Assembly: GCA_045602005.1 (NCBI GenBank)
Contig: JAZSAS010000085.1
Coordinates: 1,230 to 65,229 of the forward strand
From: Clostridia bacterium
GTDB lineage: Bacteria > Bacillota > Clostridia > UBA1381 > UBA9506
DNA: 64,000 bases
Reading direction: 5' to 3'
Below are positions 59,132 to 64,000 of the stretch, piece after piece. The translations under genes and the position numbers were made by a program. Under the pieces are notes generated by a model. The model had not been told where the DNA came from, did not search any database, and was given only the letters and a program-made list of their open reading frames with translations. Positions within the stretch are counted from its first letter, which is position 1; each line of letters starts with the position of its first letter.

Positions 59132-60196
59132 ATGGCTGAAAAGGTTTTGTTAAAGGGCAACGAAGCAATTGCTGAAGCCGCGATTTTATCCGGCTGTCGG
59201 TATTTCTTCGGTTATCCCATCACGCCGCAGACAGAAATCTCAGCATACATGGCAAAGCGCATGCCGAAAATCGGCGGCGTTTTCCTGCAAGCAGAAAGTG
59301 AGGTTTCCGCCTGCAATATGGTATATGGTGCTGCTGCAGCAGGCGCCAGAGTAATGACATCGTCCTCCAGTCCGGGTATCAGCTTAAAGGCTGAGGCAAT
59401 TTCTTATATTGCCGGTGCTGATTTGCCGGCCGTTATCGTTAATATTATGCGTGCGGGCCCGGGCCTTGGCGGTATTCAGGCCGCTCAGGGTGACTATCAT
59501 CAGGCAACCAAGGGTCTGGGACACGGCGACTATAAAATGATTGTGTTAGCTCCCAGTTCCGTTCAAGAAATCATCAATTTAACTGCTGAAGCATTTGATT
59601 TAGCTGATTATTACAGAATGCCCGTTATGATTATGGGTGACGGCGTTTTGGGGCAGATGATGGAGCCTGTTACGTTTGAACTGCCTGAAGGCAGAAAGCT
59701 GCCGGAGAAAACCTGGGCAACCAACGGCACCGGCATGAAACGTGAACATAATGTGATTAACTCTCTTTATATCCAGCCTAATGAACTGGAAAAAATCGTG
59801 CTGGAGCGGAATAAGAAATATCAGCAGATTGAAGAGACAGAAGCTAAATTTGAGCTTTATCGTATGGAAGATGCTGAATACATGATTACAGCATATGGTT
59901 CTATTGCCCGTATTGCTAAAAACGCAGTAGATGAGCTTCGTGAGCAGGGTATTGCTGTGGGTCTGGTCCGTCCCATCACCCTCTGGCCCTTCCCGAATGA
60001 AGCATATCGTCAATATGTTGGCCAGGTAAAGGCTGTTTTAAGCGTTGAAATGAGCCTCGGTCAAATGGTTGACGATGTAAAGCTGGCCGTGGATTCTAAA
60101 ATTCCGGTTCATTTCTACGGCAGATGCGGCGGTAACATTCCGTATCCTGACGAAATTATAGCCAAAATGAAAGAAATCGTGGGAGGTATTGCATAA
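59132..60196 (+). CDS. 2-oxoacid:ferredoxin oxidoreductase alpha subunit (KorA/VorB-like)
   Basis: 354 aa. The N-terminus LKGNEAIAEAAILSGCRYFFGYPITPQTEI is typical. Substrate specificity cannot be determined from sequence reading. Confidence 0.85.
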   Translation: MAEKVLLKGNEAIAEAAILSGCRYFFGYPITPQTEISAYMAKRMPKIGGVFLQAESEVSACNMVYGAAAAGARVMTSSSSPGISLKAEAISYIAGADLPAVIVNIMRAGPGLGGIQAAQGDYHQATKGLGHGDYKMIVLAPSSVQEIINLTAEAFDLADYYRMPVMIMGDGVLGQMMEPVTFELPEGRKLPEKTWATNGTGMKREHNVINSLYIQPNELEKIVLERNKKYQQIEETEAKFELYRMEDAEYMITAYGSIARIAKNAVDELREQGIAVGLVRPITLWPFPNEAYRQYVGQVKAVLSVEMSLGQMVDDVKLAVDSKIPVHFYGRCGGNIPYPDEIIAKMKEIVGGIA

Positions 60197-60933
60197 TGAA
60201 ACAGGTATTTAAAAAGCCTCACGCCCTTTGCGACGTGCCCCTGCATTATTGCCCCGGCTGCACCCACGGTATTGTTCACCGTTTGGTCGCAGAGGTTATC
60301 GACGAACTGGGGATTGAGGGTGAAACCATTGGTGTAGCACCGGTTGGTTGCTCTGTTTTTGCTTATGATTATTTTAACTGTGATATGGTAGAGGCTGCCC
60401 ATGGTCGTGCTCCGGCTGTAGCAACCGGCATTAAACGCACCAATCCTGATCGTGTGGTTTTCACCTATCAGGGAGACGGCGACTTGGCCGCTATCGGTAC
60501 AGCTGAAACTGTACACGCAGCAGCCAGAGGCGAGAATATCACCATTGTCTTTATCAATAACGCAATTTACGGCATGACCGGCGGCCAGATGGCACCCACC
60601 ACCTTGCCTGGTCAGGTAACACAGACATCGCCCTATGGCAGAAACACTGATACACAGGGTTTTCCCATCCGCATCAGTGAAATGCTGTCTACACTGGATG
60701 GTCCTGCCTATATTGAGCGTGTGGCTGTGGACAACGTGAAGCATATAAACCAGGCAAAACGTGCTATTAAAAAGGCATTTACCTGTCAGGTTGAAAAGAA
60801 GGGCTTTTCTTTGGTAGAGGTGGTTTCAACCTGTCCCACCAACTGGGGTCTTTCTCCGGAAGAAGCTATGAAATGGTTGCAGGACAACATGCTGCCATAT
60901 TATCCTCTGGGCGTTTATTGCGACAAGCTCTAA
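60196..60933 (+). CDS. 2-oxoacid:ferredoxin oxidoreductase beta subunit (TPP-binding)
   Basis: 245 aa with CPGCTHG and GDGD...NN TPP-binding motifs. It overlaps the alpha subunit stop. Confidence 0.85.
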   Translation: MKQVFKKPHALCDVPLHYCPGCTHGIVHRLVAEVIDELGIEGETIGVAPVGCSVFAYDYFNCDMVEAAHGRAPAVATGIKRTNPDRVVFTYQGDGDLAAIGTAETVHAAARGENITIVFINNAIYGMTGGQMAPTTLPGQVTQTSPYGRNTDTQGFPIRISEMLSTLDGPAYIERVAVDNVKHINQAKRAIKKAFTCQVEKKGFSLVEVVSTCPTNWGLSPEEAMKWLQDNMLPYYPLGVYCDKL

Positions 60934-60985
60934 AGAGGAATTTATGTAAAACTGTACTGGCTGTTGCTGAAACGGACGCATCCAT

Positions 60986-61016
60986 CTGCCTCCTGCTTGG
61001 CAGCAGCCTGTTTTTT
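60986..61016 (+). terminator. possible terminator after the oxidoreductase genes
   Basis: CTGCC/GGCAG stem (60986-60990 / 60999-61003), or a longer imperfect GGCTGTTGCTG/CAGCAGCC pairing, followed by TGTTTTTT. It is imperfect. Confidence 0.4.
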
Positions 61017-61030
61017 AAACAGGAGACGTT

Positions 61031-61678
61031 ATGGTTATTACCAAAATTGAACCGCAGAAAAAACATAAAAACCGCAGCTCTGTTTTTTTAGACGGTAGCT
61101 TTGCGTTTGGCATTTCTGATTTTGATGTATTGCGTTTTCACTTAAAAGAGGGAGAGACATTAACGGAAAATGCCCTGGAAACCATTCGTAATGAAGTGCT
61201 TGTGCAAGATGCACAACAATACGCTTTGCGACTGTTAGACTGCACGGCATACACAGAACAGGCACTGCGCCGCAAGCTAAAAGAGCATGGCTGTGATTCT
61301 CAAACAATTGACAGAACCATTGCTTTTCTTGCAGAATATCGTTATGTTGACGATAGAGGCTTTGCCCGACGCTATATAAACGCTGCTCTAAACACAGGTC
61401 GAAGCGGCATGAGAAAGATTCAGTATGACCTGATGGGGAAGGGTATTGCAAGAGATATTATCGAAGAAATCTGTGCGGAATTTGACAATGAAGAACTACG
61501 GCAGAATGAATATTCTGCTGTTTTGCCTTTACTGGAAAAGAAACTAAAAGGAGATTATTCCTTTCCAAATATAATGAAAGCCAAGCGCTATTGCCTGTCA
61601 AGAGGATTCTCTCAGGATGCAATCGACAGTGCGATTCGGCAGTTAAAAAACAGCGAGGAGGAATGGCTTGATGCTTAA
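61031..61678 (+). CDS. recX: RecA regulator RecX
   Basis: 215 aa. The pattern KNRSSVFLDGSFAFGI... and three-repeat helical architecture are typical of RecX. Confidence 0.8.
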   Translation: MVITKIEPQKKHKNRSSVFLDGSFAFGISDFDVLRFHLKEGETLTENALETIRNEVLVQDAQQYALRLLDCTAYTEQALRRKLKEHGCDSQTIDRTIAFLAEYRYVDDRGFARRYINAALNTGRSGMRKIQYDLMGKGIARDIIEEICAEFDNEELRQNEYSAVLPLLEKKLKGDYSFPNIMKAKRYCLSRGFSQDAIDSAIRQLKNSEEEWLDA

Positions 61679-62885
61679 AGGGAAACATGTTTTAGTCGGT
61701 GTAACAGGTTCTATTGCAGCCTATAAAACACCCGATTTAATCAGCCGGTTGAAAAAACTGGGGGCAGATGTGAAGGTTATTATGACCCGTTCTGCTGCTG
61801 AGTTTGTCACACCGCTGACCTTTCAAACCATGTCTCAAAATCCCGTGGCACTGGATATGTTTGAAAGGCCTGTATCATGGGAGGTAGAACACATTTCTCT
61901 GGCAAAATGGGCAGATGTGATGGTGATTGTGCCGGCAACAGCCAATATCATTGGAAAAATCACTTGGGGCATTGCTGACGATATGCTGTCTACCGCTAGC
62001 ATGGCAATCAAAGCACCCATGCTCATTGCACCAGCTATGAATACTGCCATGTATGAAAGCGACGCTGTGCGTGCTAATATTGAAATCTTAAAAAAACGTG
62101 GCATCTCCTTTGTTGAGCCAGATGCTGGGCGACTGGCATGCGGCGACACAGGCCGAGGTAAACTGGCTTCAATAGATGACATAACAGAGGCAGTTATATC
62201 TGCCGTTTCACGTTCTTGCGACCTGGCCGGCCTTCGTGTTTTAGTCACTGCCGGTGCCACCCGTGAAGCTCTGGACCCTGTTAGATTTATTACCAACCAC
62301 TCCACAGGGCGAATGGGTGTTGAAATTGCCCGTGCGGCAAAAATTCGCGGCGCAGAGGTCACGTTGGTTTGTGGCCATCTTGACGTGCCGGTGCCAAAGG
62401 GCATACATGTGATTTCAGTAACCAGTGCTCAGGATATGTATCAAGCTTGTATGGAAGCCTTTCCCGAAACAGACATCACAATTAAAGCGGCCGCCGTAGG
62501 AGATTACAGACCTGAAACCTGTTCTGATTCCAAAATTAAAAAAAGCGGCGATATGAGCCTTAGCCTTGTGCGAAATCCCGATATACTGGCCGAAATGGGT
62601 AAAAACAAGAAAAGCGGTCAGTTATTGGTTGGTTTTTGCATGGAAACCGAAGATTTGATTCAAAATGCCACCAAAAAATTGCAAAACAAAAATTTAGATA
62701 TGATTGTGGCAAATCATTTGTTTGATGAAAATGCCGGCTTTGGGTCAGTGAATAATACTGTGACAATTTTAACAAAAATAGGCACGCAGGAAACATTGCC
62801 CAACATGAGCAAATTTGATGTTGCTAATGAAATTTTAGACAGAGCGTTTCATATGAAACAAAATCCGGATAAAGGCGTGGTGTAA
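61668..62885 (+). CDS. coaBC: bifunctional phosphopantothenoylcysteine decarboxylase / phosphopantothenate-cysteine ligase
   Basis: 405 aa with a flavoprotein N-domain (GVTGSIAAYK) and a CoaB C-domain. Confidence 0.95.
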   Translation: MMLKGKHVLVGVTGSIAAYKTPDLISRLKKLGADVKVIMTRSAAEFVTPLTFQTMSQNPVALDMFERPVSWEVEHISLAKWADVMVIVPATANIIGKITWGIADDMLSTASMAIKAPMLIAPAMNTAMYESDAVRANIEILKKRGISFVEPDAGRLACGDTGRGKLASIDDITEAVISAVSRSCDLAGLRVLVTAGATREALDPVRFITNHSTGRMGVEIARAAKIRGAEVTLVCGHLDVPVPKGIHVISVTSAQDMYQACMEAFPETDITIKAAAVGDYRPETCSDSKIKKSGDMSLSLVRNPDILAEMGKNKKSGQLLVGFCMETEDLIQNATKKLQNKNLDMIVANHLFDENAGFGSVNNTVTILTKIGTQETLPNMSKFDVANEILDRAFHMKQNPDKGVV

Positions 62886-62886
62886 A

Positions 62887-64000
62887 ATGCAGCTTGCGTC
62901 TGTTGTTGTAAATAAAACCGCTCGTGTGCTAGACCGTTTTTTTGATTATCTGGTGCCAAAGCAATTGGAAAACCGCCTGAAAATTGGTATGTTAGTCAGT
63001 GTTCCCTTCGGAAAATCTAATCAATTAACAGAGGCCTATGTGGTGGGTTTTCCCGAAGAAACACAGGTGGAATCTTTAAAAGAAATCAATGCTATTATAG
63101 ATGCAGATCCTCAATTTGACGAAAACATGCTGGAATTGATTTTATTCATGAAGAGGCGATATTTTTCCACTTATCTGGCTGCAATTAAAACTGTTGTGCC
63201 ATATGGCATCGGCATTCACGGAAAATCAGTTTCAGATAAGATTTTAAAAGGCTCATCCTTGGCACTTTCTCTGGATGATGCTTTTGTTGCATTGGATGCA
63301 GCCAGAACCAAAGCACCTGTTCAAGCCCGCATTATTGAGCTTTTAATGCAAAATGAATTTGTGGCAAACACTGATATTCAAATGCTTTTAGGTTGCAGCA
63401 GCAGCGCAATTAAATCTTTAGAACAAAAAGGGATTATCACGCCGGTTGAAATAGAAGTTTTTCGCAATCCTGTTGATTATAAAAAAATCAAGCGTACTCA
63501 GCCAATGTCGCCTACCAAGGCACAGCAGGCGGCAATCACAAAAATTACCGGTGCACAAGCTGCATTTGGAGTTTTTTTGTTACACGGCGTTACCGGCAGC
63601 GGCAAAACTGAAGTTTTTCTTCAATGTATCGAAAATGTGCTGAAACAAGGCAAAACAGCCATTGTGCTTGTGCCTGAAATATCTTTAACGCCTCAAATGA
63701 TTAACCGTTTTGCAGGTCGATTTGGCGAACAGATTGCCGTGTTGCATTCCAGGCTCTCTATGGGCGAACGCAACGACGAATATAAACGCATTAAAAGCGG
63801 AGAAGCCAGGGTTGTGATCGGTGTACGTTCAGCGGTATTTGCACCAATTGAAAACCTTGGATTGATTGTGGTGGACGAGGAGCATGAAAGCTCCTATAAA
63901 TCTCAGAGTGTGCCGGCCTATCATGCCCGTGAGATTGCAGCCATGCGTGCCAAACAGCACGGGGTGCCTCTGGTGCTTGCCTCGGCAACACCTTCGGTTG
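62887..64000 (+). CDS. priA: primosomal protein N' (replication restart helicase), 5' part, continues beyond the window
   Basis: It is not in the ORF track because there is no stop in the window. The frame is open from the ATG at 62887 to the edge. Product starts MQLASVVVNKTARVLDRFFDYLVP, with Walker A GVTGSGKTEV and a VVDEEHE DEAH box. Confidence 0.9.
   Translation, partial: MQLASVVVNKTARVLDRFFDYLVPKQLENRLKIGMLVSVPFGKSNQLTEAYVVGFPEETQVESLKEINAIIDADPQFDENMLELILFMKRRYFSTYLAAIKTVVPYGIGIHGKSVSDKILKGSSLALSLDDAFVALDAARTKAPVQARIIELLMQNEFVANTDIQMLLGCSSSAIKSLEQKGIITPVEIEVFRNPVDYKKIKRTQPMSPTKAQQAAITKITGAQAAFGVFLLHGVTGSGKTEVFLQCIENVLKQGKTAIVLVPEISLTPQMINRFAGRFGEQIAVLHSRLSMGERNDEYKRIKSGEARVVIGVRSAVFAPIENLGLIVVDEEHESSYKSQSVPAYHAREIAAMRAKQHGVPLVLASATPSV

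Noticed and set aside
60115-60744. 209-aa minus-strand ORF. Similar long antisense ORFs are at 61835-62404, 57330-57875, 27773-28237, 14943-15404, 7969-8418, 38341-38739 and 38681-39097.
   Set aside because: Each lies entirely antisense to a confidently identified gene (korB-like, coaBC, DUF421, pyrF/carA, glnN, recR region, rpoD). None has an RBS, and the compositions are low-complexity or Cys/His/Arg-rich, typical of shadow ORFs.
1-64000. Scan for CRISPR arrays, tRNA/rRNA genes, IS elements, integrases, toxin-antitoxin pairs, restriction-modification and other defence genes.
   Set aside because: I saw no regularly spaced direct repeats, cloverleaf-like or rRNA-like sequences, transposase or recombinase motifs, or defence-type domains. 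The NPPY methyltransferase at 8681-9382 fits the tRNA m6A family and has no partner nuclease.

Overview
This window looks like a core chromosomal region of a spore-forming Firmicute with Clostridia-like gene content and order. It holds about 60 tightly packed protein genes, nearly all housekeeping. In order they are: an apgM-type phosphoglycerate mutase; a THF-riboswitch-controlled folT; spoVAD and spoIIP; birA; recR; a tRNA m6A methyltransferase and rsmI; an M16 peptidase pair; lgt; a type III glutamine synthetase; a Na/Pi transporter; an SLH protein with nth and tlyA on the minus strand; a PyrR-attenuated pyrR-pyrB-pyrC-pyrF-carA-carB operon; typA; dGTPase-dnaG-rpoD; yybS-gdpP-rplI-dnaB; tilS-hpt-ftsH; a PucR-type regulator with ftsEX; rpsB-tsf; rlmH; a DUF421/DUF4363 pair; a 2-oxoacid:ferredoxin oxidoreductase (delta, alpha, beta); recX; coaBC; and the 5' part of priA. 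I saw no rRNA, tRNA, CRISPR array, transposase, integrase or phage genes. Several ORF-track starts are N-terminal over-extensions that run through promoters, terminators or RBSs, and I give corrected starts. The best candidate for something undescribed is a translationally coupled three-gene operon at 21817-24212: a stand-alone PqqD-like peptide-binding (RRE) protein, an S24/S26 Ser/Lys peptidase and an ABC exporter, with no precursor peptide or modifying enzyme nearby. Second is an unannotated 41-codon Asn/Gln-rich micro-ORF (1497-1622, minus strand) with a strong RBS and its own terminator, immediately downstream of the riboswitch-controlled folT. Other oddities are an orphan spoVAD, an oxidoreductase locus lacking a gamma subunit but preceded by a P-loop NTPase, a Cys-rich small protein, and a few candidate operator or leader structures. 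All calls come from reading the sequence and remembered family motifs. No database search was run.
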